From: Octopus vulgaris
Taxonomy: Eukaryota
Direction of reading: 5' to 3'
Length of the DNA stretch: 64,000 bases
NCBI GenBank assembly: GCA_951406725.2
Contig: OX597815.1
Span: 20,832,001-20,896,000, forward strand
The notes below the pieces were generated by a model. It did no database searches and had not been told where the DNA came from. It was given only the letters and a program-made list of their open reading frames with translations. Each line of letters begins with the position of its first letter. Position 1 is the first letter of the stretch. The translations under genes and the position numbers were made by a program. Positions 1 through 14,220 of the stretch are shown piece by piece.

Positions 1-350
1 ATCAAAATTTTTAATTCCTTAATGTCATGTTACTTTTGAAAAATTCTTAATTTTTGAGATCATTCCCCTTATTTTGATTTGGTCTGACTTATCTGCGACG
101 TGTCAATTATGTTACTATCAGTGGAAGAAGTGTTAATTTCAAAAATCAGTGAAGTATTTGATATGATATTTAATTTATATTTATTCGTGCATGTATTACA
201 AAAAGCATTGTCCACTGTATGCTTTACACACACACTTACACACAGATACACAGACCCACACCACCACACATTCGCATATATGTGTTCATATAAATGTGTG
301 TGTATATACGTGTATACACACATTTGCATATATATATATATATGTATATA

Positions 351-710
351 GATGCAGGTGTGGCTGTGTGGTAAGTAGCTTGCTTACCAACCACATCGTT
401 CCGGGTTCACTCCCAATGCGTGGCACCTTGGGCAAGTGCCTTCTACTGTAGCCTCGGGCCGACCAAAGCCTTCTGAGTGGATTTGGTAGACGGAAACTGA
501 AAGAAGCCTATCGTATATATGTATACATATGTGTATATGTATGTGTGTGTATATGCTTGTGTATCTGTGTTTGTCCCCCCGACATCGCTTGACAACCGAT
601 GCTGGTGTGTTTACATCCCCGTCCTGGGGTCGATTTGCTCGACTAAAGGTGGTGCCCCAGCATAGCCGCAGTCAAATGACTGGAACAAGTGAAAGAGAAA
701 GAGTAAAGAG
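351..710 (+). mobile_element. tRNA-derived SINE type A (internal microsatellite, (TAAAAGA)-like tail), internally deleted
   Basis: Pol III A box (TGGCTGTGTGG) and B box-like (GGTTCACTCCC), then CCTTGGGCAAGT, TA/TG tract and 3' hairpin CAGTCAAATGACTG; homologous to 41165-41392, 48399-48890, 59497-59840. Confidence 0.9.
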
Positions 711-719
711 AGTTAATCC

Positions 720-921
720 AAACATGAAAGCAAAAAGAGAAAACACGACAACGTGAGGACGTGGAACAAGTATAGTGTTATTGGACGCTCAGGAAGGAAA
801 GAAAGAAGGAGGATTTAACGTTTCGAGTGGAGCTCTTTGTCAGAAACTTAGAAAAAGGAAAGGCCCAAGGAAGGGAAGACGAAGAAAGAAAATCGCCAAC
901 GATACACACGCGGTCACATTT
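720..921 (-). mobile_element. Penelope-like pLTR-type non-coding fragment with decayed hammerhead motif
   Basis: Shares GTATT..CGCTCAGGAAG..TTTCGAGNN..GCTCTT..CAGA with 25096-25285; ends at (TA)n. Confidence 0.6.
814..846 (-). ncRNA. Minimal hammerhead ribozyme motif (decayed, G8A)
   Basis: Minus strand ttt-CTGACAA-aGAGctccaCTC-GAAA-CG-TT-aaa; palindromic ACGT replaces helix III. Confidence 0.55.
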
Positions 922-1025
922 TATATATATATAAATCCTGAACTGAAAGACTTCGCCAGGTGGTGCTATTAAGTTAGACATGGCCTGGGCCAATACTGGC
1001 CAAAAGCTTTCTAAGTTATTCTAAG

Positions 1026-1252
<227 letters not shown>

Positions 1253-1942
1253 CACAAACATACATACACTCCCACATATGCGTGCATATGCGCACACATA
1301 TACATACATGTTTCTATGTGTTTGAGTGTCCGTATTCCTGCGTGTTTACATGTCTGCGTAATTGTGTGTGTATGTCCGCGTGTATAAAGCATTATAGGTG
1401 TTAAAACTTCAGATCGGAATTATGTCATATCCATATAAAATCGAGCAAATTGTGGTCATGCTATTAATGTGTTCTTGAATATAGAGAATTTCTAAAACAT
1501 TCTGGTGAAGCAACCAACATTCCATGTGACTCTTTACTCTCCAGTTTCTGTCTGAATACACCTGGAATATCTCTGGTCTTTGTCGCTATAACGATGAGAA
1601 ACATGATGAAACAGAATAATCAGGGAAGATCAAAGAGGCCCATAATCAATATACCACGGCTGGTTAAAACTATTCTGACCGCTAGAAGATATGATACGCA
1701 TATTGTATGCAGTATATAATACAATATTACATTACATAGAAAAACAAATTCCTTTTGATAAATAACTTGCGACTGGATGCTGCAAGATCTAAAATTTAAT
1801 GCATTAACAATGTCCGGTGCAGCTATTGTTTACTTCCTTTACTTCTAATTTTATCAATTACTTCAGGAGCCTGCTTGAAATAGCAGCTATATCTCTTCAA
1901 ATCACATCCTACTTTCAGAAAAGTAATGCAATCCTATGTAAA

Positions 1943-2335
1943 TCTATATATATAAAGCTGAAGCTGTCTGTGTGCGGCAGGTTTGGTAGCCTTAAGCTAA
2001 CACTATCTCCTCCGAGACCCTGCGGCGCAAGTTGACCAAAATTGAGAGTATGATAGAAGAAGACTTGCTCTTCATTCTGTAGCAGATAAAATTCAAATCG
2101 GACCATGTTAAGACCAAAAATTATTTACATCAAAAAGCTGCTTTTTTTTTTCTATAAAAATCCCTATTTTTTACGATTTTTTGACTGCTGTGTCGCCATT
2201 TTTCGGTGTATTTCAACCAGAAAAATGATCACTTAAAGAGAATAACAAGCTACATAATGCCAAAGTTTTACTTTTTAAAAATTCCAATTCTAAAGGGTCG
2301 AAACAAACCCGAGCAACGCCGGGCGATACTGCTAG
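1943..2335 (+). mobile_element. Non-autonomous Helitron
   Basis: 5' TC(TATATATATAAAG), subterminal hairpin CCCGAGCAACGCCGGG, 3' CTAG, inserted between A1942 and T2336 with no TSD. Confidence 0.88.
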
Positions 2336-2974
2336 TTATTTCTAAAAGTAAGTGTCGTTAACGACTAGAAATATTTGATCATAGGCCAGCCCAGTCTGGA
2401 ATAGCTTACGGTTAACTAAATCTTGGAGCTAACACGAATTTATGGAAGCAGCCATTTGCTTCGAAAGTATATGCCTCACGATTTGATGTTATACGAGATA
2501 CTTTGGTCAGTACGTCCTCTCATGTTTTCAGACTGAACAATAACTTATGAGCGAAATTTGTTAGACAGAAACCGTATGGGACTGTATCGTGCGCGCGTAT
2601 ATGTGTATTAGAAGCGATTCAAACGAAGAGAAATTCATTCATGTTCCACAACGGTTGGTCTACGTCCACTTTATATTTCGTATCGTATGTGAACACTGAT
2701 ATAAGTACCAGACAAACTGCTGATGTCACTAAAATCGTCAAAAACTGGTAAGGATTATCAACATGATCACAGTCTAAGAACTAAACCTAGCAGTTTTATT
2801 CTAGTGTGTTCCTTACTAAGAATATCTCTCAACTACATAAACAAAAACAAGCCTAAAGAACTTAACACTAGGGTCAATTTCTTCGACTAAATTCATCAAG
2901 GCGAAGCCCCGGTAAGACAGAAGTCTAATGAGCGAAACACGTAGAAAAATGCACCATAAGTTGTGACTTGTATT

Positions 2975-3032
2975 TGTGTGTGTGTGTGTGTGTGTGTATG
3001 TTTGTGTGCGTGTGTCTGTATGTGTGTGTATG

Positions 3033-3081
<49 letters not shown>

Positions 3082-3220
3082 ACATACATATATATATACA
3101 TACACATACGTGTACATATTTATATATATATATGTGTGTATATATATATATGTATGCATACAACACGTGTACATATATATGTGTGTGTATACAGGCATAT
3201 ATATATATATATATATAAGT
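2975..3220. repeat. (TG)n/(TA)n compound microsatellite
   Basis: Direct inspection. Confidence 0.95.
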
Positions 3221-4056
3221 ATATAATAAAACCACCCGCTTATCTTTTATGGGCGGGAGTGCAATTTTATTCTCATTTTTAAATTACTTCCTATTATATA
3301 TGCTGGAAAATACTATAACGAAATTGTAGTATATAGCTATACCCTTCAGATAAATCATCTTTTATTTGTATATTATTCAAGAATAAGAAGTGTTGGCCAT
3401 CTTTTAATGGCTTCTCCTCACTTTCTTCTTTTAATGAAACACCTTCATGGATATTGATTTATTTTAGTTTTTAGCACTCTACTTTCACTTTCATTCTCTC
3501 TGCTAGGAAGATTGTCACAACAATCTACTCGATCGAAACTGTGAGCTGTGCTGGTTAGAATTTCTGTCGACAGTTATCAGCAACTTTTGCCGACTAGCAC
3601 CTTTCTTAATACTATTCTTCACAGCTGTACCCACCCACTTTTGTCTCCTGCTTCTAAATAAGCTCCTCCTTCTTCTTCCATGCTTGATAATTGAATAACT
3701 TTACACACATACTCTCTCTCTCTCCTCTCCTTCTCTCTCGCACTCTTCCTCTCATCCTCTCTCTGTCTCTCTCTCTTTCTTGATCTCGATCTCGATATCT
3801 CTGACTCTTTCTTCTGACATACAAACATACCGCTGATGAGTTATATTCATTCTGTCGGACACTTCAATGCTTTTGAATTCTTTAGATCATAAAGTTTTCT
3901 TCCCTCTCACTTTCTTTCATTCATTCATTCCTTCATTCCTTCCTTCATTCATTCAATCATTCATTTAGTCATTCATTCATTCATTCTTTTATTTTTAGCT
4001 TCTTCCCGTCTTTCTTTTTATTTTCGTCTCTCTTCCTTCCTTTGGCTTCCCTTTGA

Positions 4057-4061
<5 letters not shown>

Positions 4062-4102
<41 letters not shown>

Positions 4103-4430
4103 GTTGTTGTTGTTGTTGCTGTTGTTGTTGTTGTTGTTATTATTATTATTATTATTATTACTACTACTTCTATTATTATTATTACTACTACTACTTCTAT
4201 TATTATTATTACTACTACTACTTCTATTAGTATTATTATTATTACTACTACTACTTTTATTATTATCATTATTATTATTACTATTATTATTTTTATTGTT
4301 GTTTATTATTATTATTATTGTTGTTATTGTTATTTTTATTATTATTATTATTATTTTTATTGTTATTTTTATTATTATCATTATTATTTTTATTGTTATT
4401 ATGATCATCATCATCATTATCATTATTTTG
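4062..4430. repeat. (ATT)n/(GTT)n/(ACT)n compound trinucleotide array
   Basis: Direct inspection; source of poly-L and poly-N ORFs. Confidence 0.97.
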
Positions 4431-4614
4431 TAATTTATCATTGTAATATCCCTCTCGGTCTCATTTTTGGCAATATAAGAAATGCTCGTTATTTCGCCTC
4501 ATCAGACGCCCCTGTGGCATATGAATCATCATCATCATCATCATCCTCATCAACACCACCATCACTCAAAATAACTGGCTCGGTTCCTTAGTCAGAAGTA
4601 TTTGTTATTATTAG

Positions 4615-4732
4615 TCGCTTTTGCCTTTCATCATTTTGAGGTCGATAAAATAAGTATCAGTTGAGCACTAAGAATCGATGTAAACGACTTTCCCCTACCC
4701 GAAAATTTTAGACCTTGTTCATAAAGTAGAAA
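4615..4732 (+). mobile_element. SINE type B, 3' fragment
   Basis: TTGCCTTTCATC..GGTCGATAAAATAAGTATCAG core; short-type 3' end followed by (ATC)/(ATT)n. Confidence 0.75.
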
Positions 4733-4816
4733 TGATCATCGTCGTCGTCGTCGTCATCATCATCATCATCTTCATTTTTTTTATCAATAGAATTATTATT
4801 ATTATTATTATCATTA

Positions 4817-4871
<55 letters not shown>

Positions 4872-4873
4872 CT

Positions 4874-5036
4874 ATTCTCTTTGCACAGCTTCTAACGCTG
4901 GAGACGTACTACGGTGTCACGGTGTCAGCCGTTCACCACCAGCGAACTAAGGTAACACCCCTCATTTTTCGAGCACCTTCTGGAGTATTCGAGCGATTCC
5001 AAGCAATGCTGTTTTCTGCAAGTGCTCCACCCTTAT
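4874..5036 (-). mobile_element. R4/Dong-like LINE 3' end
   Basis: Reverse complement matches 31110-31255; embedded in (ATT)n. Confidence 0.85.
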
Positions 5037-5056
5037 TTATTATAATAATAATAATA

Positions 5057-5098
<42 letters not shown>

Positions 5099-5099
5099 T

Positions 5100-5151
<52 letters not shown>

Positions 5152-5184
5152 GAGGAGGAGGAGGAGGAGGAGTTGTTGTAGTAA

Positions 5185-5400
5185 GGCGGTGAGCTGACAG
5201 AATCGTTAGCATGCCGGGCAAAGTGCCTAGCGGCATTTCGTCCGTCTTCGCGTTCTGAATTCAAATTCGAGCGAGGACGACTTTGCCTTTCACTCTTTCA
5301 GGGGTCGATGAAATAAAGTACCAGTCAAACACTGGTGTCGATGTAACCGATTACCTCCCTTCCCTCAAAATTTCAAGCCTTGTACCTATGCTAGAAAAAA
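5185..5400 (+). mobile_element. SINE type B (Meta-domain-like), short 3' variant
   Basis: GGCGGTGAGCTGACAGAA head, TTCAAAT B box, GCCTTTCA..GGGGTCGAT..AGTACCAG core. Confidence 0.9.
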
Positions 5401-5417
5401 ACTACTACTACTACTAT

Positions 5418-5490
<73 letters not shown>

Positions 5491-5491
5491 A

Positions 5492-5555
<64 letters not shown>

Positions 5556-5898
5556 TACTACTATTACTATTTGGCAAGTGCTGGGTGGTCTAGGCTGGTT
5601 AGGAGGAAACATAATCATAATTACATTTCTAATATTCTCCTGCGAGATGCCTCAATAGCACGACAGAAAAAATAATTCAGTAGAAAGATATAGAAAGTAG
5701 GGAGGGAGGAAAAGAAGAGGGGGAAGGAAGAGGAGGAGGAGGAGGAGATATTGACTAGGACAGAAATACACACTGTTAAAGAAAAACTGTGGAGTTGAGA
5801 GAATATTGCTTTGGAAAATTGAACTTAATCCGGAGGAAAGAAGAAAATTAGTCAATTCCCATTGTATATGTACATATGTGCGTGTAAGTGTATAATAT

Positions 5899-5948
<50 letters not shown>

Positions 5949-6181
5949 ATATATGATTGTGCGTGCATGCATATCTTTTACGCACAAATGTACACATACA
6001 TGTATATAAACATGAATATATACACATGTATATACATACTCATACGTGTGTATTTAGATGTATATGTCATGTAAATATATGTATGTATGTATGTATGAAT
6101 ATATATATATTGGTATATATGCATGTATATACATTTATATATATATATATATATATATAAATGTATATACATGCATATATA

Positions 6182-6277
<96 letters not shown>

Positions 6278-7127
6278 TATGTATATATTTTGTGTACACA
6301 CACACTCATGCATACTTACATACATAAATATACATACATATATACGATGGTTTTGAATTGTGAAATTGTTGGAAAATTGGCTTATTGAAGTACTAGTGAA
6401 GTGGTAGAAAATTTGATAGGTGTTGGTGGTGGATTTGGTGGTACTGTTGATGGTAGTGGTGGTGGCGGTGGTGGTGATTATCGTAATGGTGCTGGCATTT
6501 GTGGAGTGGTGTAAAAACTGATAGATAGGCGGACAGGGAAGACGTGGTGGAGGGATGGTTGAATATTGATATAGAAGAGTGGCAATGGAGTGATAGGAAT
6601 AATCATAGCCAGAGGAATAATGTTGTTAGTAGCGGTGGTGGGGCGGAAGGACTGGTAGATAGGGAAACGGAGGTGGATGAGTATAAAGATTGATAGCAAA
6701 TGAAGTAATGGTGGAGTGGTATGAAGATTGATGCATGAGAGAATGATGATGGTGCCTTATAAAGATTGATAGAAACTTCGTATGCTTTCTTCTTTTAAAA
6801 CTTGACTTGTTCTATAGAACCTTTATTCAGCTCTACTAATGAACATAGCTCATTCATAGGAAGGTTTCGTTTCCCCTATATTCTTATGTTTTCTTCCCTT
6901 TCGGAAAAGTAATATATTTCACTTGTGAAATGTAAAATGTTAAATCATTTAGTCCTTTGACAGATACAGATATACAAGTAACGCAAGCACGCGACTGTGT
7001 ATACAGCATATGTACATATATACATATGTATATATATACAATAACATAAATAAAATATAAATATATGTATATATACATACATATATGTACATACCTACAT
7101 CTATATGTATATATACATGCATATGTG

Positions 7128-7228
7128 GGTACAGGACACCACAAAAAGAAACTTTGAACACAATGAGAAACGAAAACCTAAAAACAAGAACATGGAAACG
7201 AACTTTTTTTCAAACAACGAAAAAACAA
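7128..7228. mobile_element. Penelope-like terminal fragment truncated by a LINE
   Basis: Starts ATGTGGGTACAG like the 18806 element, next to a (TA)-rich tract. Confidence 0.35.
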
Positions 7229-8200
7229 GTTGTGGGGTCTTTTTCTACTCTAATTTCTTTCGGAATAACATTGAAAAGAACAGGACCATTTCCAGTGAAG
7301 AAATTGTATCTCGACCTTTGTAGGAGACACATTGCAAGGGTATCTAGTCTTGGGTGAATTGTAAACGTAATCCCAATATCATTTGGATAATATTGATGGA
7401 ATATTTTTAACATGGTGCAAATAATATATCGCTCATGGTGGCGTTGCAGAGAATAGAGCTTCAGCTGTTTAAGTCGAGCCCAATAATCAAATCCCGTCGT
7501 GCCATTTATTGTTCTTTTTTTTTCTTTTTTTGGTGATTGATATTTGTGGCGCTTCGATCCTCATTAAGTCTAGTTGTTTTCTAGGGGGACCACAATGGTC
7601 AGCAGTATTTGAGGTCGACTCTGTCAAAGGCCTTGCTGAAATCAAGGTATATGACATCGGCGTAGGAGCCCTCAGTGCATTTAAGATGTCATCAAAGTGG
7701 TGAATGAGCTGTGTTAGACAGTCCTACCACCACGAAAGCCATGCCGGTTGCAATTTAGAAGATGATTTTGCTCTAGTAAGGCTGTTATTCTTGATCTCAA
7801 CACTCTCTTAACTGTTTTGATGATATGTGAGGTGAGATTGGAGGGTAATTTACAGGGTACGATTTATTCCTTTTTTAAAGATAGGAACAACTGACTAGGA
7901 GAGAAGGTTTTGAGGGATCAAACCGGCATCCAGGGATTTCCTTCAGAGATTTGCAAGAGGAACTACAAGTTGATGTCTGCTTTCCTTCAGCACTGTAGCA
8001 GAGAACCTGTCAGGACCCACTGCTGTATCAGGTTTCATTTCTTTTATTGCTGCTAGGATGTCAGTAGTATCGAAGGTTATGTCGGAAAGGACATGCTGAG
8101 GATTCAGAGTCACTGAAAACAGAGCGGTATTGACTTTGCAGAATCTCGGCCATGCCTTTGGCCTCAGTATGAAGGATGCCGTTTCCGTCAACCAGTGGGC
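7229..8200 (-). mobile_element. Degenerate CR1-like LINE ORF2 (RT fragment and C-terminus)
   Basis: Minus strand ILAAIKEMKPDTAVGPDRFSATVLKE, VVPIFKK, RHGFRGGR, VDFD-like/KLYSLQRHHERY, GPVLFNVIPKEIR; frameshifts and an internal deletion. Confidence 0.85.
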
Positions 8201-8599
8201 CGATAGAGTGAACGTGTCCTATATGTTTTTGCTAAAGAATAAAAAAAATCTTAGAATCATTCTTGATGTTTTTAATAGGCCAGGCTTTCTCTGCAGCTCT
8301 TTGGTCGCTTATGTGGGTTTTAATACAATCCTGCAGCTACTGCTTCTTTGATTCCAAGATTGTTGATGTTCTCGATTGGGAGTGCTGCTGATGGTGGTAT
8401 ATGCATTGTAATATTTTGTGACAACCAGTACCTAACACAACGAAGCTTTTACATTTTACTTTTGACAATCTTTTTCTAAAAAAGTGAAACCGGTCAAGTG
8501 AATAAACAGCTTTTAAAATTGCATTTTCAAACCTTCTTTCAAATATAATTCCACTCGAGCGGTATCTTACAACTTCACTTTGTTATATATATATACATA

Positions 8600-8704
8600 C
8601 AGAGAGAGAGAGAGAGTGAGTGAGTGAGTGAGAGAGAGAAAGAGAAAGAGAGAGAGAGTAAGAGAGAGAGAGAGAAAGACAGACAGACAGACAGATAGAT
8701 TGAC

Positions 8705-8778
<74 letters not shown>

Positions 8779-8781
8779 GCT

Positions 8782-8877
<96 letters not shown>
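8600..8877. repeat. (GA)n/(GACA)n/(GATA)n microsatellite
   Basis: Direct inspection. Confidence 0.97.
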
Positions 8878-9599
8878 TTAGCGCAAGCACACACAACGCA
8901 CACGCATATATTCCATATTTCACGTACTACTCGTTCGCCTTCATCATCTATCGAGAAAAGATCACAGTAATTTCGGCACCTTGTAATACAGTCGCTCCTT
9001 TCAGTGACGCCAATCTACGTTAGGAAAGAGAAATACGAAAACAATGTGAAGGATTATCTATTATTTGTATCAGAACAATGACGTTCACTCTGACTTATTG
9101 TGCAGCTCTAGCAATGAAAGAGATAGTTGCTTGTGTATCGATGATGATGCTCCCTTATTTATAGAAGATGAAGTTACTTTATCATTGACTTTATGCAAAT
9201 TTAATTTGAAATAAAGTCGATTGTATAATTAAAAGTTCATTAAATATTCATTTGTACAAAATAGATGCGGCGAATGTAGTCACCCAGAGATGGGTTTACA
9301 ATAACCTTGTCACATCCAGAGGCTCTGATATATGAAAGCTTGATAAATCGATATCAAGAGTTGGTTTCACAGCAAATCTACAAAATATTTTCCCTCTCTT
9401 TCTCGGCGGTTTTTTTTATATGTTAAGAAGGAAGAGATTAGATATGAATTGAGTAAATTCAAGATTGTTAATCAGGATAAGCAGTATTATATATCATTGT
9501 ATCCAGTATGATAATATCAAGTTAGCTAAAATGAATAAAACAAGACTTAACGTGTCGCAACTTGAACATTAGAAGATCTTCATTTACTAAGTAGTAGAA

Positions 9600-10980
9600 T
9601 GTTGTGGTTCGACTGAGACGCACTGTAGAACGAAGGTGATAAAACGTCAGACCAAAGGAAAAAGAATAAATAGTATGCCACCGCAAGAAGTTGGTAATAT
9701 AACGATGAGGAAATTTGTGAAGGTGAAAATCAAGAATACAAGTGTTAAAATGCAGTTGGACACTGGTAGTGATATCACCATTATAAACGAAAAATCGTGG
9801 AAATATGTCGGAAAAAGTAGCACAGGTGTTGCGGGAAAAAGACTACTCTTATTCGGTGAATTCGTATGTAATGTAGCATTTCGAGGTCTAACGAAAAAGG
9901 CAAATATATATGTATTAAAAGATTCACTTAATCTATTCAAATTGTGGGATACGTCCATAAGTGTTTTGTGTGGAAATATAGTCGGTTTCGTCAAAGGTTC
10001 GAATGCGACTGAGGAACTGAAACAAAAATTTGCAGTATAACAGAGTAGGACACATGTATGTAATCCAAAACGAAATAGAAAATTGCCCACGATAAAAAGT
10101 AAGCGTTGTTCAGAAGTAGATGTTCCGTGGTCGAGACTAGACATCGATTTCGTTGGTCCTTTAAATGGTTCTTACTGCTTAGTGGTAGTTGATAGTTGCT
10201 CGGAATAGCCAGAAATTTACGAGTGTAAAACACCAACCTCCTTAGTTGTGATTTTTTTTACACGAACTGTTTGCAAGATTTGACATCCCAGACAAAATAG
10301 TCTCTGACAATGAAACGCAATTTGTGTCTAGCGAATTTTTAAAATTTTGTGAAGCGTTTGCGGTAGAACATGTAACTACTACGCCATACCAACCCAGATC
10401 TAGTGCACAGGCAGAACCTTTTGTCGATACCTTCAAGAGGACCCCAAGAAAATCGAATATAGAAGTCAACAATTTTTAAGAGTGTATCGTATGACACCAA
10501 ATTCGAATACACCAGCAGGTAAATCACCAGCGGATCTGATGTTTGCAAGGAAAGTAAAATCAGTCGTTGATAAATTGCTACTTGGCAAGAAAAGAAAAAA
10601 GTGCCGGGGAAGACATAGCAAGATTCTTTAAAGTTGGTGAAAAGGTGAATATGAGGGCATACAAGAATAGAAAACAGAGTTGGGAAGATGGCGTAATTAC
10701 CAAATGCATAGGTAAAATGATGTATTGGTAAAAAACAGAAAATGTATACAAAAGAGACACAGGAACCAACTGAAAGAGAGATTTGTGGAAAGCGAACCAA
10801 AGAAACTAGAGGAGCTGATGGAATGGTTCCACGATACGTTCCAAGTACCAACGCCACTGCAGATGATGGAACCCAGGCGTATAGGTGGGAGGAAAAGAAA
10901 ACACAGAGTTCTTGAAAATAAATGTTCAGTGCAAAAAATACTGAATTGTACGAAAAAAAAATTCAAAAAGGGGAGTTGAG
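9600..10980 (+). mobile_element. Degenerate Ty3/Gypsy internal region (protease and integrase; RT/RNase H deleted)
   Basis: Protease motif VKMQLDTGSDITII; integrase PWSRLDIDFVGPLNG, ELFARFDIPDKIVSDNETQFVSSEF, PYQPRSSAQAEPFVDTFKR; stops and frameshifts. Confidence 0.9.
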
Positions 10981-11044
10981 GTGAATAAAAAAAATATTGT
11001 TAAATAAAATTACACTTCCTAAGAAAAACTTAAAAGGGGGATAT

Positions 11045-11237
11045 TGTAGGGGAATATTAATAATGTTCCTGTGCCTGGAATTGATTATAATGAGAGAAGG
11101 GAGTACAGAACTACACGTGTCGAATGAAATAACCTAGTCACTACAAGTAAAGAGGTATACGTAGTAGGCGGTCAGAGATAGTTGTGCCTTTACTGATTTT
11201 ACTAAGTGTACTGTATGCCGAAGGGGGCATTATAACA
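11045..11237 (+). mobile_element. Putative 3' LTR of the Gypsy remnant
   Basis: Polypurine tract AAAAGGGGG at 11032-11040, then TGT...ACA; about 54 bp repeated again at 11245-11298; no matching 5' LTR found. Confidence 0.55.
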
Positions 11238-11704
11238 GTCCAACATGTTCCTGTGCCTGGAATTGATTATAATGAGAGAAATGAGTACAGGACTTCACTC
11301 ATTTTCAAAGTACATTAGGTTCTTCTATAGGTGGCTTAGGATTGGTTGGAACAAATGGGGAGCTGAACGAATGATCCAAAGATTTTACTTCAGAGTACTC
11401 TTCTCCTAACAAGAACTACCTAAGAAGAACAAGAACTAGTGATAAACATCACTATCAGGCGGACATGCGGAACGTTGGTTAGTCATCTCAAGTGTTAGGT
11501 ATTTGTGTATGTATGTATGTATGTATGTATGCAAAAATGTTTATATGCATGTAAATTATGTGTGTGTGTGTGTGTATATATATATGTGTGTGTGTATGTA
11601 TGTATATCCAAACACAAACATGTACACACAATCTCATTTATGTATATATAAATACACACACAGACACAAACACAGACACAGACACACACACACAGACACA
11701 CACA

Positions 11705-11806
<102 letters not shown>

Positions 11807-12539
11807 CATACATACATATGTATATGCGTATACCTGTGCCTAGAGTGTATTGTTGTGCATTCGAAATAAATTCGCATCCTAAAACTCAAACCGAAATTCG
11901 ATGCTAATTTTAAAGTAAACATGGAAAGATGGTTCTGCCATTGACAACAGCCAAAAAAATAATAAAAAAAAGAAAGACTTAAAAATAAAAAAAAGGAAAT
12001 CCAAATATTTTTCTAAGTCTACTGAAAATAGAATTAAACAAAAATTATAAACAACGAACGTTGCAGTTAATTCTTATAGCAAAAGTTAGCGAATGTGACA
12101 CAGTGTTTATTGTTTCCTTGCATCGGCAGAATGCATGCTTTATATTAATCAAATGTCAGGTGGTAGCGACACAAATTTCATTTTATTTTCTAATCCTTTA
12201 TATATGCTCCGAGGCAAATAAAACCCAGGCCTTTATGATCTGAATCCTTTCTACATAAATAATCCAACATCCCACGTCATTCATAAATACTTATCTTCTA
12301 CTCTATGTTTTTACTGTATTCAGTCATAACAGGTGTTATGACGTTTCTGTTTAAGAAATATGGTAGATGAATATCAGCAAAGTTCAAAGAGCATTGATAG
12401 AAGAAAAACAAAATCTGCAAAAATTAAATAATTATATTGGACTTTTTCGGGAATCTGGTTTTCATATTTCAAAAATAGAATGGCCATATAATTCTTTCCT
12501 ATATCCTCGTTGTCAATAGATTAAAATGTCTCTGTGGTG

Positions 12540-12600
12540 TGTCTATCTATCTATCTGTCTGTCTGTCTGTCTGCCTGCCTGTCTGTCTGTCTATCTATCC

Positions 12601-12658
<58 letters not shown>

Positions 12659-12835
12659 TTATCTATCTGTCTATCTGTCTATCTATCAGTCTGTCTGTCT
12701 GTCTATCTATCAATTTATTTATCTGTCTGTATGTCTATCTATCTATATATCTATCTATTTATCTATCTGTCTATCAATCTACTTATCTATCTATCTATTT
12801 ATCTATCTATCTGTCTGTCTATCTATCTAGCTATC
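12540..12835. repeat. (TCTA)n/(TCTG)n microsatellite
   Basis: Direct inspection. Confidence 0.97.
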
Positions 12836-13133
12836 TTTTTTTTCTCTCCCCCTTTTTTCCTCTTTTTTCTTCCTTTTTTATTTTTATTTTCCTTTTTTCT
12901 TTTTTTTCTTTTTCCCCTTTTACGATCCCTTTTGATCGAAAACCTACGCCACTTTCTTTTGTTTCTTTTGTTTTTGTGTTTTTTTTTTTTGTTTTTTCAT
13001 CCCACAAAGCTCTACCTTGTAATTTGTCCCATCTGTGTGCAGCTCTGTGTGGCCAATAAAGAAACTTATCTATTTTTTATGAATCCATCTATCGGAATAT
13101 CCATCTACCTATATATCAGTTTATCCACCTATA

Positions 13134-13285
13134 AGGCATGCTGTTGTGGTTAAGGAAACGACTTCATAACTAGGAGCGTCTCCGTTCTATCTAGCTTAGA
13201 GGCAACTTCCACAAATAGTCTTCTATCATAGCTTCGAGCTGTAAAAAGACTTTGTTAAATGGAGACTGTGTAACCCGTATATTGA
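13134..13285 (+). mobile_element. Old degenerate SINE type A head
   Basis: GGCATGCTGTTGTGGTTAAG...GTCTTCTATCATAGC resembles the 351-500 head. Confidence 0.5.
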
Positions 13286-13425
13286 AGATACACCTGGAAA
13301 TGCTCACATCCAAACAAATTGTTTTCACAGTTCAAGATTTTCTAATATTAACATTTGTTTAAGGTTACTTTTCTGAGCTTCACGTCGCTGACATGCACAC
13401 ACATACACACACACACACATGCACA

Positions 13426-13463
<38 letters not shown>

Positions 13464-13707
13464 CACATGTACACACGCACAAACTCACACGTACATACGC
13501 ACAAACTCACACACACACGCACACACACATGCACAAACTCGCACACACAAACAGACAAAGACAGATAGATACATACATATATACATAAATACATACATAC
13601 ATATACTTTAAAAGATTTATTTAAAAAAAGATTTTGATACATCTCATCGAAATTTATATGTATATGTATGTGTGTGTGTGTTTGTGTGTGCGTGCGTGCG
13701 TGCGTGC

Positions 13708-13796
<89 letters not shown>

Positions 13797-13939
13797 TGTG
13801 CGTGAGTGTGTGTTCTTTAATCTACGCACACCACTCGTGGAAGTCGACTTCGAGTCGAGCGCAAATTTCGTTCGTGGCCGCATGAGATTTCATTGCGATG
13901 CCAACCTTTAGACACTATACAGTCCTGTGTCCCGCATAA

Positions 13940-14220
13940 GTTCATGGACATATATCTTGCAGGTTTGGCCACTAGACTTGGACGTCTTTCGAAGTTATGG
14001 ACTGATCTGTTCGACCAAAACACCAGCCTGCGAATTTTGTCCCTTTTTGTTTGATTGTGTGGTTGATTGGCGGTAAAGATCCATATAGTGATTTGTTACA
14101 TATATGGTTGACATAAAAGATAACATATGTTAAAGACCTTGCGCACTAGTCGAGTATATGTGCCTTCTAGGGATCCCTTTTGGGCCGCCGTAAGTGACCA
14201 GCATTCAGAGCTATCATGCG
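13940..14220 (+). mobile_element. Highly degenerate RTE-like LINE fragment
   Basis: AGLATRLGRLSKLWTD..NTSLRILSLFV resembles the RTE post-RT region. Confidence 0.45.

Noticed and set aside
69-329. Minus-strand 86-aa ORF with a complex C-terminal half
   Set aside because: Starts in a microsatellite; no domain or splice support
2922-2945. CTAATGAGCGAAACACGTAG, HHR-like
   Set aside because: It is a decayed SINE type A 3' end
4487-4508. Minus-strand cgt-CTGATGA-GGC-GAAA-TA-acg hammerhead-like core
   Set aside because: No room for helix II or III and no element context; may be chance
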